Of a DNA stretch of 64,000 nt, positions 32,507 through 44,378 are shown in pieces. This DNA comes from Escherichia coli (GTDB lineage Bacteria > Pseudomonadota > Gammaproteobacteria > Enterobacterales > Enterobacteriaceae), in the NCBI RefSeq assembly GCF_003790525.1, contig NZ_CP033635.1; one strand, given 5' to 3'. The position numbers were made by a program, and so were the translations under genes. The notes under the pieces were generated by a model. That model made no database searches. It saw only the letters and a list, made by a program, of their open reading frames with translations, and was not told the DNA's origin. Position 1 is the stretch's first letter. Every line of letters starts with the position of its first letter.

Positions 32507-35011
32507 ATGTCACAAACTATCGACCTGACCCTGGACGGCCTGTCCTGCGGTCACTGCGTTAAACGCGTGAAAGAAAGTCTCGAACAGCGCCCGGATGTTG
32601 AGCAGGCGGATGTGTCTGTCACTGAAGCGCACGTTACCGGGACTGCCAGTGCAGAACAGCTGATCGAAACCATCAAACAAGCGGGTTATGACGCATCTGT
32701 AAGCCACCCAAAGGCTAAACCGCTGGCGGAGTCATCAATCCCGTCGGAAGCACTGACAGCGGTTTCTGAGGCGCTTCCGGCAGCGACCGCCGATGACGAT
32801 GACAGCCAGCAGTTGCTGCTGAGCGGCATGAGCTGCGCCAGCTGTGTCACCCGCGTACAAAATGCGCTGCAAAGCGTACCGGGCGTCACTCAGGCACGGG
32901 TAAACCTGGCGGAGCGTACTGCGCTGGTGATGGGCAGTGCCTCCCCACAAGATTTAGTGCAGGCGGTGGAAAAAGCGGGCTACGGTGCGGAAGCGATTGA
33001 AGATGACGCGAAACGCCGTGAGCGCCAGCAAGAAACCGCCGTCGCTACGATGAAGCGCTTCCGCTGGCAGGCGATTGTCGCACTGGCGGTGGGTATCCCG
33101 GTGATGGTCTGGGGGATGATCGGCGATAACATGATGGTCACCGCCGACAACCGCAGCCTGTGGTTGGTTATCGGCCTGATAACCCTGGCGGTAATGTTTT
33201 TCGCCGGCGGGCATTTTTACCGCAGCGCATGGAAAAGCCTGCTGAACGGTGCAGCGACGATGGATACGCTGGTGGCGCTGGGTACTGGCGTGGCGTGGCT
33301 CTATTCGATGAGCGTCAACCTGTGGCCGCAGTGGTTCCCGATGGAAGCGCGACATCTTTACTATGAAGCCAGTGCGATGATTATCGGTCTGATCAATCTC
33401 GGCCATATGCTGGAAGCGCGCGCACGTCAGCGTTCTTCTAAGGCGCTGGAGAAATTACTCGATTTAACCCCACCGACGGCGCGCCTGGTCACCGACGAAG
33501 GTGAAAAAAACGTGCCGCTGGCAGATGTTCAGCCAGGTATGTTACTGCGCCTGACGACCGGCGACCGTGTGCCGGTAGATGGTGAGATTACTCAAGGCGA
33601 AGCGTGGCTGGATGAAGCGATGCTGACGGGCGAACCTATCCCGCAGCAAAAAGGCGAAGGCGATAGCGTCCATGCCGGGACAGTGGTACAGGACGGCAGT
33701 GTGCTGTTTCGTGCCAGTGCGGTCGGCAGCCATACTACGCTGTCACGGATCATTCGCATGGTGCGCCAGGCCCAGAGCAGCAAGCCTGAAATCGGCCAAC
33801 TGGCGGATAAAATCTCAGCCGTATTTGTGCCGGTAGTAGTGGTTATTGCGCTTGTCAGTGCGGCAATCTGGTATTTCTTTGGTCCGGCACCGCAGATTGT
33901 CTATACCCTGGTGATTGCCACCACGGTGCTGATTATTGCCTGTCCGTGTGCGCTGGGACTGGCGACGCCGATGTCGATTATTTCGGGCGTCGGGCGGGCG
34001 GCTGAGTTTGGCGTGCTGGTACGGGACGCCGACGCGCTGCAACGCGCCAGTACGCTCGATACCGTAGTGTTCGATAAAACCGGGACGCTGACCGAAGGTA
34101 AACCGCAGGTTGTCGCAGTGAAAACGTTTGCTGATGTTGATGAAGCGCAGGCATTGCGTCTGGCGGCGGCACTGGAGCAAGGTTCCAGCCATCCGCTGGC
34201 ACGAGCGATCCTCGATAAAGCAGGCGATATGCAGCTGCCGCAGGTCAACGGTTTCCGCACATTGCGCGGGCTGGGCGTGAGCGGTGAAGCTGAAGGTCAT
34301 GCGTTATTGCTGGGCAATCAGGCGCTGTTAAATGAGCAACAGGTTGATACCAAAGCTATCGAAGCGGAGATTACTGCTCAGGCATCGCAAGGGGCAACGC
34401 CTGTGCTGCTGGCGGTTGACGGGAAAGCGGTAGCCCTGCTGGCTGTACGCGATCCATTGCGTAGTGATAGCGTGGCGGCGCTGCAACGCCTGCATAAAGC
34501 GGGATATCGTCTGGTGATGTTGACCGGGGATAACCCAACCACCGCCAATGCGATCGCCAAAGAAGCCGGGATTGATGAGGTGATCGCCGGGGTGCTGCCG
34601 GACGGTAAAGCCGAAGCGATTAAACGCCTGCAAAGTGAAGGACGTCAGGTGGCAATGGTGGGCGACGGCATTAACGACGCGCCAGCGCTGGCTCAGGCGG
34701 ATGTCGGTATTGCGATGGGTGGCGGCAGTGATGTTGCCATTGAAACCGCGGCGATTACCCTGATGCGCCATAGCCTGATGGGTGTTGCGGATGCGCTCGC
34801 GATTTCCCGCGCAACGCTGCGCAATATGAAGCAGAACCTGCTCGGTGCGTTTATCTACAACAGCATTGGTATTCCGGTCGCCGCCGGTATTTTGTGGCCG
34901 TTCACCGGTACGCTGCTTAACCCGGTGGTTGCCGGAGCGGCAATGGCGCTCTCGTCGATTACCGTAGTGAGTAACGCCAACCGGTTGCTGCGGTTTAAAC
35001 CGAAGGAATAA
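32507..35011 (+). CDS. copA: Cu(I)-translocating P1B-type ATPase
   Basis: ORF track, 834 aa; two N-terminal GLSCGHC / GMSCASC metal-binding domains, CPC, DKTGT. Confidence 0.95.
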   Translation: MSQTIDLTLDGLSCGHCVKRVKESLEQRPDVEQADVSVTEAHVTGTASAEQLIETIKQAGYDASVSHPKAKPLAESSIPSEALTAVSEALPAATADDDDSQQLLLSGMSCASCVTRVQNALQSVPGVTQARVNLAERTALVMGSASPQDLVQAVEKAGYGAEAIEDDAKRRERQQETAVATMKRFRWQAIVALAVGIPVMVWGMIGDNMMVTADNRSLWLVIGLITLAVMFFAGGHFYRSAWKSLLNGAATMDTLVALGTGVAWLYSMSVNLWPQWFPMEARHLYYEASAMIIGLINLGHMLEARARQRSSKALEKLLDLTPPTARLVTDEGEKNVPLADVQPGMLLRLTTGDRVPVDGEITQGEAWLDEAMLTGEPIPQQKGEGDSVHAGTVVQDGSVLFRASAVGSHTTLSRIIRMVRQAQSSKPEIGQLADKISAVFVPVVVVIALVSAAIWYFFGPAPQIVYTLVIATTVLIIACPCALGLATPMSIISGVGRAAEFGVLVRDADALQRASTLDTVVFDKTGTLTEGKPQVVAVKTFADVDEAQALRLAAALEQGSSHPLARAILDKAGDMQLPQVNGFRTLRGLGVSGEAEGHALLLGNQALLNEQQVDTKAIEAEITAQASQGATPVLLAVDGKAVALLAVRDPLRSDSVAALQRLHKAGYRLVMLTGDNPTTANAIAKEAGIDEVIAGVLPDGKAEAIKRLQSEGRQVAMVGDGINDAPALAQADVGIAMGGGSDVAIETAAITLMRHSLMGVADALAISRATLRNMKQNLLGAFIYNSIGIPVAAGILWPFTGTLLNPVVAGAAMALSSITVVSNANRLLRFKPKE

Positions 35012-35039
35012 GTATGTCATTGCGGATGCGCTGCTTTAG

Positions 35040-35200
35040 GGTGGCGCATCTGGCATCGACGCATGCCTGCCGGATGCGGCATAAACGCCTTATCCGGCCT
35101 ACGATTCAGGCACAGGGTTGTAGGCCTGATAAGACGCGTAAGCGTCGCATCAGGCAATGGTGCTCGGATGCCGGATGCCGGATGCGGCGATGTTTTGGCA
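35040..35200. repeat. REP/BIME cluster filling the copA-ybaP intergenic region
   Basis: Multiple GCCGGATGCGGC...GCCTTATCCGGCCTAC and TAGGCCTGATAAGACGCG...CGCATCAGGC units. Confidence 0.85.
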
Positions 35201-35314
35201 TTACGCGACCTTTTTGCACGTTTTCCCCGGCGTGCCAAATATTTAATCCGTCCCAACTCCATTTGCGCCATCCCTCACCGCGCGCTAGCATGATATTTCA
35301 CAAAGGGAGGTCGT

Positions 35315-36109
35315 ATGGATCTGTTGTACCGGGTAAAAACGCTTTGGGCCGCGCTGCGCGGTAATCATTACACCTGGCCTGCTATCGATATCTCTCTTCC
35401 CGGCAATCGCCATTTTCATCTGATCGGCAGTATTCATATGGGTAGCCACGATATGGCTCCCCTGCCCACCCGTTTGCTCAAAAAGCTCAAAAACGCCGAT
35501 GCGCTGATCGTCGAGGCGGATGTTTCCACCAGCGATACGCCTTTTGCTAATTTGCCTGCCTGCGAGGCGCTGGAAGAGCGCATTAGCGAGGAGCAACTCC
35601 AAAACCTGCAGCACATTAGCCAGGAGATGGGCATTTCTACCTCACTCTTTTCTACCCAACCGCTGTGGCAAATCGCGATGGTTCTTCAGGCGACGCAGGC
35701 ACAAAAACTGGGGCTCCGGGCAGAATATGGTATCGATTACCAGCTATTGCAGGCGGCGAAGCAACAACATAAACCCGTGATTGAACTGGAAGGGGCAGAA
35801 AACCAGATTGCCATGTTGCTCCAGCTCCCTGACAAAGGACTGGCACTGCTGGACGATACGCTGACCCACTGGCACACCAATGCACGGTTGCTGCAACAAA
35901 TGATGAGCTGGTGGCTGAATGCACCGCCGCAAAATAATGAAATAACGCTGCCCAATACGTTCAGTCAGTCGCTGTACGATGTGCTGATGCATCAGCGAAA
36001 TCTCGCCTGGCGGGATAAATTACGCGCCATGCCGCCGGGGCGATATGTGGTCGCGGTCGGTGCACTACACCTGTATGGAGAAGGGAATTTGCCGCAAATG
36101 TTGCGCTAA
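35315..36109 (+). CDS. ybaP: TraB/GumN-family protein
   Basis: ORF track, 264 aa; recognised YbaP. Confidence 0.85.
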   Translation: MDLLYRVKTLWAALRGNHYTWPAIDISLPGNRHFHLIGSIHMGSHDMAPLPTRLLKKLKNADALIVEADVSTSDTPFANLPACEALEERISEEQLQNLQHISQEMGISTSLFSTQPLWQIAMVLQATQAQKLGLRAEYGIDYQLLQAAKQQHKPVIELEGAENQIAMLLQLPDKGLALLDDTLTHWHTNARLLQQMMSWWLNAPPQNNEITLPNTFSQSLYDVLMHQRNLAWRDKLRAMPPGRYVVAVGALHLYGEGNLPQMLR

Positions 36110-36191
36110 AAAAATGGCCAATATCGCTATTGGCCCGTCAAAGAGGAATTTCATTTTTTTATTATTATGCCGTCACTTTAAGCGACGGTGT
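36108..36191 (-). ncRNA. chiX: ChiX (MicM/SroB/RybC) Hfq-dependent small RNA
   Basis: Minus-strand sequence ACACCGTCGCTTAAAGTGACGGCATAATAATAAAAAAATGAAATTCCTCTTTGACGGGCCAATAGCGATATTGGCCATTTTTTT matches ChiX as I recall it, ending in a GGCCAATAGCGATATTGGCC hairpin plus U-run; lies in the ybaP-ybaK spacer as in K-12. Confidence 0.8.
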
Positions 36192-36297
36192 AACTCGATT
36201 GTCGCTCAATCTCACCATCCTGCCAATACTCTTAGGCAAGATGACTCTTTTTTTTGGACCGCCATCAGGCGTATGCTTGCTTCGTTTTTTTGTTTAA

Positions 36298-36792
<495 letters not shown>

Positions 36793-36828
36793 GCATTGTG
36801 CCGGATGCAAATATCCGGCACTTTCGGA

Positions 36829-38481
36829 TTACTGCCAGCTCACCTCACCTTTCGGTTCATAAACACTCACATCCAGCGGCGAGCTTTTCTGGATATACGC
36901 TTTAAGCACTTCGGCATCAATAAAGCCGGTATTCACATAGCCCGGTTTGTTATCAAGGCGCGGATAGCCATCACCGCCGGTGGCATTGAAGTTTAATGTC
37001 GCCATACGATAAGTTTTCGCCGGATCGACCGGTTCGCCTTTGATTTTAAGGTCGTCCAGTTTGCCGCCTTTCGCCACAAAGCTAACGTTAGCAAATTGCG
37101 GGTAGGCACCTGAATCTGGCTTCATCTGCGCGACGGCGGTCAGGTAATCAATCACCTCTTTCCCGGTCATGTCGGCATACACCACCACATTGCCGAATGG
37201 CTGCACTTTCAGCACGTTTTTATAGCTGATATCGCCTGCTTCGATAGAATCACGAATTCCGCCTCCACTCATCACCGCAAAGTCAGCACCAGTGCGATCC
37301 ATTTGGGCTGCCAGAATTAACCGCCCCATATTGGTCTGTACAAAACGCACTTTGTCACGATCGCCTTCCAGACGACCATTGGTTTCGCCTATTTTCACTT
37401 CCAGCTGCGCTTTGCCTTTGTTCTGGAACGGCGATAACAGCGAGATCATTTGCTGGTTTTCAGCGATTTCAGGAGTGTAAAGCACGCGCTCGCTTTTCCC
37501 GTCTTCCCAGGTCACTTTCTTCTTCAGGTTCACCGGAATCAGCTGGTAGTTAACCATTTTCATTTCGCCATTACGAAACTCAAAATCAGCCCGTCCCACG
37601 TATTTGCCCCACTCATGCGCCTGCACAATCCAGATGCCGTTTTGTTGATCCGGTTTGCATGGCGTACCTGGCACGTAATCGACCTGTTTTTTGTTTTCTG
37701 CCGCCATGCAGACCGGATCTTGCGAGTGACCACCAACGATCATCGCCAGCGATCCGGCAGGCAGCGCGCGCGCCATCTCCACATCGCCCGGTGCGTTAGA
37801 GCCGTGCTCACCATTGTCGTAATGCCCCATATGGGTCGCCGCGATAATAATGTCTGGCTTTTCTGTCTGTTGCAGCTCCTGAATCACCAGCTTCGCTTCA
37901 TCGGCGGGCTTACGGAACTCAATATCGGTGAAGTTTTCTGGGTTGCCTAACTTCGCTGTATCATCCGTCGTCAGGCCAATAACGGCAATTTTCAGATCCT
38001 GACGCTTAAACAGCGCCCATGGTTTAAACAGGCGCTCGCCGGTACTTTTCTGGTAGATATTGGCAGAAAGTAACGGGAACTTTGCCCACTTTTCCTGCTG
38101 GCGTAATACGGTGAGCGGGTTATCAAATTCATGATTACCGATTGCCATCGCATCGTAGCCCACCAGATTCATGCCGCGAAAATCAGGTTCGGCATCCTGT
38201 AAGTCAGACTCGGGCACGCCAGTGTTAATGTCACCACCGGAAAGTAGCAGCACGCTACCGCCTTCAGCCGCAACCTCTTTGCGGATACCATCTACCAGCG
38301 TTTTTTGCGCCGCCAGACCATATTCGCCATATTCATTGCGCCAAAAATGCCCATGATGATCATTGGTATGCAGAACTGTAATTTTGTAGGTTTTATCCTG
38401 CTCATACGCCAGAGCAGCTTCACTCGCCAGTGTAAATGTGGTTAACAGTGCTAACGCCACGCCCCGCTGCAATAATTTCAT
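36829..38481 (-). CDS. ushA: Periplasmic UDP-sugar hydrolase / 5'-nucleotidase
   Basis: ORF track, 550 aa; signal peptide; recognised UshA. Confidence 0.92.
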   Translation of the reverse strand: MKLLQRGVALALLTTFTLASEAALAYEQDKTYKITVLHTNDHHGHFWRNEYGEYGLAAQKTLVDGIRKEVAAEGGSVLLLSGGDINTGVPESDLQDAEPDFRGMNLVGYDAMAIGNHEFDNPLTVLRQQEKWAKFPLLSANIYQKSTGERLFKPWALFKRQDLKIAVIGLTTDDTAKLGNPENFTDIEFRKPADEAKLVIQELQQTEKPDIIIAATHMGHYDNGEHGSNAPGDVEMARALPAGSLAMIVGGHSQDPVCMAAENKKQVDYVPGTPCKPDQQNGIWIVQAHEWGKYVGRADFEFRNGEMKMVNYQLIPVNLKKKVTWEDGKSERVLYTPEIAENQQMISLLSPFQNKGKAQLEVKIGETNGRLEGDRDKVRFVQTNMGRLILAAQMDRTGADFAVMSGGGIRDSIEAGDISYKNVLKVQPFGNVVVYADMTGKEVIDYLTAVAQMKPDSGAYPQFANVSFVAKGGKLDDLKIKGEPVDPAKTYRMATLNFNATGGDGYPRLDNKPGYVNTGFIDAEVLKAYIQKSSPLDVSVYEPKGEVSWQ

Positions 38482-38698
38482 ACTTCTCTCCCTGACCTGA
38501 TTTCAACGTGTTGAAAAATAGTATGACGCGACATCATAGACAAGTCTGCGTCCGGTGAAGATAAATCTGCATCCAGATTAGAAATTCTGTATTCAGCGTT
38601 GAGACTTCCTTCAGGCGACGCATACAGGTATGTTAGTCGGGTAATAATCACAAATAAGATCATTCTTTACATCGCAACCCTGAAAAAGTGACTTTCCT

Positions 38699-39919
38699 AT
38701 GGCAATGAGTGAACAAACCCAGCCTGTGGCGGGCGCGGCTGCGTCAACGACCAAGGCCCGAACATCGTTTGGTATTTTAGGTGCTATCAGCCTCTCACAT
38801 CTGCTGAACGACATGATCCAATCGCTGATTCTGGCGATTTATCCGCTGCTTCAGTCAGAGTTTTCTCTGACATTTATGCAGATTGGCATGATAACCCTCA
38901 CCTTCCAGCTCGCCTCTTCGCTACTGCAACCGGTGGTCGGTTACTGGACCGATAAATATCCGATGCCGTGGTCGTTGCCAATTGGCATGTGCTTTACCTT
39001 AAGTGGTCTGGTGCTGCTTGCGCTGGCGGGCAGTTTTGGCGCAGTTCTGCTGGCGGCGGCGCTGGTCGGTACCGGTTCATCGGTCTTTCATCCGGAATCT
39101 TCTCGCGTGGCCCGTATGGCTTCCGGCGGGCGGCATGGCCTGGCGCAATCTATCTTTCAGGTCGGCGGCAACTTTGGCAGTTCCCTGGGCCCCTTGCTGG
39201 CGGCGGTGATTATCGCGCCTTATGGTAAAGGCAACGTTGCCTGGTTTGTGCTTGCGGCACTGCTGGCGATCGTGGTGTTGGCGCAAATCAGCCGTTGGTA
39301 CTCGGCACAGCACCGAATGAATAAAGGAAAACCCAAAGCGACGATTATCAATCCACTGCCGCGTAACAAAGTGGTACTGGCGGTCAGCATTCTGTTAATC
39401 CTCATTTTCTCGAAATATTTCTATATGGCGAGCATCAGCAGCTATTACACCTTTTATCTGATGCAAAAATTCGGATTATCTATCCAGAATGCTCAGCTTC
39501 ATCTGTTTGCCTTCCTGTTTGCCGTTGCGGCAGGTACGGTGATCGGCGGGCCTGTAGGGGATAAAATTGGGCGGAAATATGTGATTTGGGGCTCTATCCT
39601 CGGCGTTGCGCCGTTTACGCTGATTTTACCCTACGCCAGCCTGCACTGGACGGGGGTTTTAACGGTGATTATTGGATTTATCCTCGCTTCGGCATTCTCT
39701 GCCATTCTGGTCTACGCTCAGGAGCTGCTTCCGGGACGTATCGGTATGGTTTCTGGACTCTTTTTCGGTTTTGCTTTTGGCATGGGAGGTCTGGGAGCGG
39801 CAGTTCTGGGGCTTATCGCCGATCACACCAGCATCGAGTTAGTCTATAAAATCTGTGCTTTCCTGCCACTATTGGGGATGTTGACCATATTCCTGCCTGA
39901 TAACCGGCATAAAGACTGA
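38699..39919 (+). CDS. fsr: Fosmidomycin resistance MFS transporter
   Basis: ORF track, 406 aa; recognised Fsr. Confidence 0.88.
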   Translation: MAMSEQTQPVAGAAASTTKARTSFGILGAISLSHLLNDMIQSLILAIYPLLQSEFSLTFMQIGMITLTFQLASSLLQPVVGYWTDKYPMPWSLPIGMCFTLSGLVLLALAGSFGAVLLAAALVGTGSSVFHPESSRVARMASGGRHGLAQSIFQVGGNFGSSLGPLLAAVIIAPYGKGNVAWFVLAALLAIVVLAQISRWYSAQHRMNKGKPKATIINPLPRNKVVLAVSILLILIFSKYFYMASISSYYTFYLMQKFGLSIQNAQLHLFAFLFAVAAGTVIGGPVGDKIGRKYVIWGSILGVAPFTLILPYASLHWTGVLTVIIGFILASAFSAILVYAQELLPGRIGMVSGLFFGFAFGMGGLGAAVLGLIADHTSIELVYKICAFLPLLGMLTIFLPDNRHKD

Positions 39920-39925
39920 TTTCAT

Positions 39926-39960
39926 TGCAGCCAAAGGCAAACTTTGGCTGCATCGTTTTA
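39926..39960 (+). terminator. Hairpin terminator after fsr
   Basis: TGCAGCCAAAG / CTTTGGCTGCA stem followed by a short T-rich tract. Confidence 0.4.
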
Positions 39961-40156
39961 CAGTCGCCATAAGCCTTTCCTCTGTTAAACCGCCTTCAGT
40001 TTTCCGATCCGTGCTTTTTTTGCAGCTAATTCCATTTTTCTGCAAAATTCAACAATTATTCATAAACATCATCAATGAAATTGTCATAAACTATTACCTG
40101 TAATTTTGGTTTTCCCGGCCAAAAATGGACAATAACCACCAGGAAAAGGAGACGGA

Positions 40157-41833
40157 ATGCATCACGCCACCCCGCTTATCACCACCATTGTTGGCGGCCT
40201 TGTGCTCGCCTTTATCCTCGGCATGCTGGCCAATAAACTACGTATTTCTCCTCTGGTGGGATATCTGTTAGCGGGTGTGCTGGCAGGACCATTCACTCCG
40301 GGCTTTGTTGCCGATACCAAGCTTGCGCCGGAACTGGCTGAACTGGGCGTCATTCTGTTGATGTTTGGCGTGGGTCTGCACTTTTCGCTGAAGGATTTGA
40401 TGGCGGTAAAGGCCATCGCCATTCCCGGTGCGATCGCCCAGATAGCCGTGGCGACGCTGCTGGGTATGGCGCTCTCCGCCGTGCTGGGCTGGTCGTTAAT
40501 GACCGGTATCGTGTTCGGCTTATGCCTTTCCACCGCCAGTACCGTGGTGTTACTGCGCGCACTTGAAGAACGGCAATTAATAGACAGTCAGCGTGGGCAA
40601 ATCGCCATCGGTTGGTTGATTGTGGAAGACCTGGTAATGGTTCTGACGCTGGTGTTGCTGCCCGCAGTGGCAGGAATGATGGAACAAGGCGATGTGGGCT
40701 TTGCCACTCTTGCTGTCGATATGGGGATCACCATCGGCAAGGTGATCGCATTTATCGCCATTATGATGCTGGTAGGTCGCCGTCTGGTGCCGTGGATTAT
40801 GGCACGTAGCGCAGCAACCGGTTCCCGTGAGCTGTTTACCCTGTCGGTGCTGGCGCTGGCGTTAGGGATTGCCTTTGGTGCGGTGGAGCTGTTTGATGTC
40901 TCCTTTGCACTCGGTGCGTTCTTTGCCGGGATGGTACTGAACGAGTCTGAACTGAGTCACCGTGCCGCCCACGATACGCTGCCATTGCGCGACGCGTTTG
41001 CGGTGCTGTTTTTTGTCTCCGTCGGGATGTTGTTTGATCCGTTAATTCTGATTCAGCAACCGCTGGCAGTGCTGGCGACGCTGGCGATTATTCTGTTTGG
41101 TAAGTCGTTAGCCGCGTTTTTCCTGGTGCGACTGTTTGGTCACTCCCAACGTACGGCATTAACTATCGCCGCCAGCCTGGCGCAAATTGGTGAGTTCGCG
41201 TTTATCCTGGCGGGACTGGGCATGGCGCTGGATCTGTTGCCGCAAGCCGGGCAGAACCTGGTACTGGCAGGGGCGATTTTGTCGATTATGCTCAACCCGG
41301 TCCTGTTTGCGCTGCTGGAGAAATATCTGGCGAAGACCGAAACGCTGGAAGAGCAGACGCTGGAAGAGGCTATCGAAGAAGAGAAGCAGATCCCAGTGGA
41401 TATTTGCAACCATGCGCTACTGGTAGGTTACGGTCGTGTAGGCAGCCTGCTGGGGGAGAAATTGCTCGCCTCTGATATTCCGCTGGTGGTGATTGAGACG
41501 TCACGAACCCGTGTTGATGAACTGCGAGAGCGCGGGGTCCGCGCAGTATTGGGCAATGCGGCGAACGAAGAAATTATGCAACTGGCGCATCTGGAATGTG
41601 CAAAATGGCTGATCCTGACGATTCCCAACGGTTATGAAGCGGGCGAGATTGTGGCATCTGCCCGCGCGAAAAATCCGGATATTGAGATTATCGCCCGCGC
41701 CCATTATGACGATGAAGTGGCGTATATCACGGAACGTGGTGCGAATCAGGTAGTGATGGGTGAGCGTGAAATTGCTCGTACTATGCTGGAACTGCTGGAA
41801 ACACCACCGGCGGGTAAAGTGGTGACGGGGTAA
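40157..41833 (+). CDS. ybaL: CPA2-family cation:proton antiporter with C-terminal TrkA-N (KefB-like)
   Basis: ORF track, 558 aa; recognised YbaL. Confidence 0.88.
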   Translation: MHHATPLITTIVGGLVLAFILGMLANKLRISPLVGYLLAGVLAGPFTPGFVADTKLAPELAELGVILLMFGVGLHFSLKDLMAVKAIAIPGAIAQIAVATLLGMALSAVLGWSLMTGIVFGLCLSTASTVVLLRALEERQLIDSQRGQIAIGWLIVEDLVMVLTLVLLPAVAGMMEQGDVGFATLAVDMGITIGKVIAFIAIMMLVGRRLVPWIMARSAATGSRELFTLSVLALALGIAFGAVELFDVSFALGAFFAGMVLNESELSHRAAHDTLPLRDAFAVLFFVSVGMLFDPLILIQQPLAVLATLAIILFGKSLAAFFLVRLFGHSQRTALTIAASLAQIGEFAFILAGLGMALDLLPQAGQNLVLAGAILSIMLNPVLFALLEKYLAKTETLEEQTLEEAIEEEKQIPVDICNHALLVGYGRVGSLLGEKLLASDIPLVVIETSRTRVDELRERGVRAVLGNAANEEIMQLAHLECAKWLILTIPNGYEAGEIVASARAKNPDIEIIARAHYDDEVAYITERGANQVVMGEREIARTMLELLETPPAGKVVTG

Positions 41834-41864
41834 ACGGTGGTTGCCGGATAATAGGCGCGGATAT

Positions 41865-41949
41865 GTAGGCCTGATAAGACGCGCCAGCGTCGCATCAGGC
41901 ATTGAGAGCAAAATGCCAGATGCGGCGTGAACGCCTTATCTGGCCTACG
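41865..41949. repeat. REP/BIME pair
   Basis: TAGGCCTGATAAGACGCGCCAGCGTCGCATCAGGC and GCCAGATGCGGCGTGAACGCCTTATCTGGCCTAC. Confidence 0.85.
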
Positions 41950-41962
41950 AACCGACGATAAC

Positions 41963-43267
41963 TTAACGATCCCAGTAAGACTCTTCCAGGCTGTCTTCAC
42001 GCTCCGGCAAGCCGCGCGTTAAACGAGGTGAATGCTGGTTCAGTACCTGATAGCTCACACGGTTAGCATATTTACACACCTGCGCTAACGATGAATAAGT
42101 TAACCAGGTGAATTTATGTTTGCTGGAGTTTGGTACGTTGCTACGGTGGTAGCTGTTGGCGGTAATGTCATGCAGCAACGCTGCCAGTGCGCCATCTCCT
42201 GCTCCGTTGGTATTCATGATTTTTTCCGGCCCGCCCATGTACGGCGCAATGTGCGAATAGACACGCAGCGGATTCTGGCAATCCTTGTGGCGCATGGCGC
42301 GGCTAAACTCATACTGGTTAAATTCCGCTATAGCACCCGGCAGCAGCGGATGCTGGGTTTTACGTTTCGCTTCGTCTTCGGTAAAGCCCGCCATATACAA
42401 GCCGATTGGCCCGGCGGTGCACAGCACCAGATCAACCCAGTCCAGCGCCTTGTCAGATGCCAACAACGGATCGCTTTCTCCGGTCAACGCTTCGGCTTCA
42501 TCTTCGTTCATCGCAAGGATAGAGACGTGGTCTTTGAGGAATTGCTGCCACCACTGCGGATTCTCGGCAATGACAAACTTGGTGCCCAGCGTCAGCACCA
42601 CCGGTACGTTATATTTCTTCGCGTACTCAATGGCTTTCATAGTTGCTTCCGGCATGGGTTCACCCGGCTTGCAACGCACCAGATAAGAGGTGAGAACCAG
42701 AGCCGAGGCTCCGGCAATCACATCTTCCGGAATACTTTCAGCCCGCAGCTGGTTCATGTGGCCGGGGCTGATAGCAAAGGTACGTTCCCCGGACTCGCCA
42801 ATCAGCGTAAAGCAACGACCAATCGGGCCATCCACGCCTTGTAGATAGTTAAGATCGGTACGGCTGGAGGTATTACACAGGTAACGATAGGCATAGCTGC
42901 CAATTTCAATATTGCTGCACATCACACCCAGCAGCACCGAACGGTCGTCCGCGAGCACCGAGTAGTTGTGCATGGTGTTGCCAATGGTGCCACCCGCAAA
43001 CTGATGGGTAATCAGGTTTTTCTGTTTTAGTTCCTGATAAAGCGCTTCGGCTACGTCATCCTCAATCACCAGTGAATGCCCGGCGCTTAATCCATAACGC
43101 TCAATGAATTCATCATCCACTTTCGCTTCAATATCGACCAGCGTTTGATCGATACCCACTACCCAGGCAGCGCTGGTTTCGTTTTCTGGCTGGAATTGCT
43201 GAAGCAGCGGATCGCGTGCATTTACGGGGAAGTAATGTTTGGATTTACGTTTACCGGGAAATTTCAT
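41963..43267 (-). CDS. gsk: Inosine-guanosine kinase
   Basis: ORF track, 434 aa; recognised Gsk. Confidence 0.9.
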   Translation of the reverse strand: MKFPGKRKSKHYFPVNARDPLLQQFQPENETSAAWVVGIDQTLVDIEAKVDDEFIERYGLSAGHSLVIEDDVAEALYQELKQKNLITHQFAGGTIGNTMHNYSVLADDRSVLLGVMCSNIEIGSYAYRYLCNTSSRTDLNYLQGVDGPIGRCFTLIGESGERTFAISPGHMNQLRAESIPEDVIAGASALVLTSYLVRCKPGEPMPEATMKAIEYAKKYNVPVVLTLGTKFVIAENPQWWQQFLKDHVSILAMNEDEAEALTGESDPLLASDKALDWVDLVLCTAGPIGLYMAGFTEDEAKRKTQHPLLPGAIAEFNQYEFSRAMRHKDCQNPLRVYSHIAPYMGGPEKIMNTNGAGDGALAALLHDITANSYHRSNVPNSSKHKFTWLTYSSLAQVCKYANRVSYQVLNQHSPRLTRGLPEREDSLEESYWDR

Positions 43268-43418
43268 GGTTGTTTTTACGGGTGGTTAACTGAGCGGCGA
43301 ATGTTAACACAATCTGACGGGAGCGCGCGAGATGCAGCCAGTTTCAATATCAGCAGGCGGGATCGCATTTTCATGGCAGTGGTTCCTTACAATGACGTAA
43401 TTTGAAAGGAGTTTTTGC

Positions 43419-44378
43419 ATGAAGCCGGAAAACAAATTACCCGTTCTGGACCTTATTTCTGCTGAAATGAAGACCGTTGTGAATACTCTTCAGCCGGATT
43501 TACCGCCCTGGCCCGCAACGGGAACGATTGCTGAGCAACGACAGTATTACACGCTTGAGCGCCGATTCTGGAATGCGGGCGCTCCAGAAATGGCAACCAG
43601 AGCTTACATGGTTCCAACAAAATATGGGCAGGTGGAAACACGTCTCTTTTGTCCGCAGCCAGATAGTCCGGCGACGCTATTTTATTTGCATGGCGGCGGT
43701 TTTATTCTCGGCAATCTCGATACCCACGATCGCATCATGCGCCTGCTGGCAAGCTACAGCCAATGTACGGTGATTGGCATTGATTACACCCTTTCACCTG
43801 AAGCGCGTTTTCCGCAAGCGATAGAGGAAATTGTGGCTGCCTGTTGTTATTTCCACCAGCAGGCGGAGGATTATCAAATCAATATGTCCCGCATTGGCTT
43901 TGCCGGTGATTCCGCAGGTGCCATGCTGGCGCTCGCCAGTGCGTTGTGGTTGCGTGATAAACAGATCGATTGCGGTAAAGTTGCGGGCGTTTTGCTGTGG
44001 TATGGGCTTTACGGATTACGGGATTCCGTGACTCGTCGTCTGTTGGGCGGTGTCTGGGATGGCTTAACGCAACAGGATTTACAGATGTATGAAGAGGCGT
44101 ATTTAAGCAACGACGCGGACCGCGAGTCGCCGTATTACTGCCTGTTTAATAATGATCTCACTCGCGAAGTCCCGCCCTGTTTTATTGCCGGGGCGGAGTT
44201 CGATCCGCTGCTGGATGACAGCCGTCTGCTTTACCAGACGTTAGCGGCGCATCAGCAGCCCTGCGAGTTCAAACTCTACCCAGGCACGCTGCACGCCTTT
44301 TTGCATTATTCACGGATGATGAAAACCGCCGACGAGGCTCTTCGCGACGGCGCTCAGTTCTTTACCGCTCAGCTTTAG
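43419..44378 (+). CDS. aes: Acetyl esterase (HSL family)
   Basis: ORF track, 319 aa; HGGGF and GDSAG motifs. Confidence 0.9.

Noticed and set aside
35017-35271. Short ORFs lying in REP clusters (also 23606..24076, 23702..23884, 41501..41911, 18203..18415, 35063..35293)
   Set aside because: They are translations of REP palindromes (recurring peptides like PDATLARLIRPT and [11 protein letters not shown] appear in several unrelated spacers) and are not genes.
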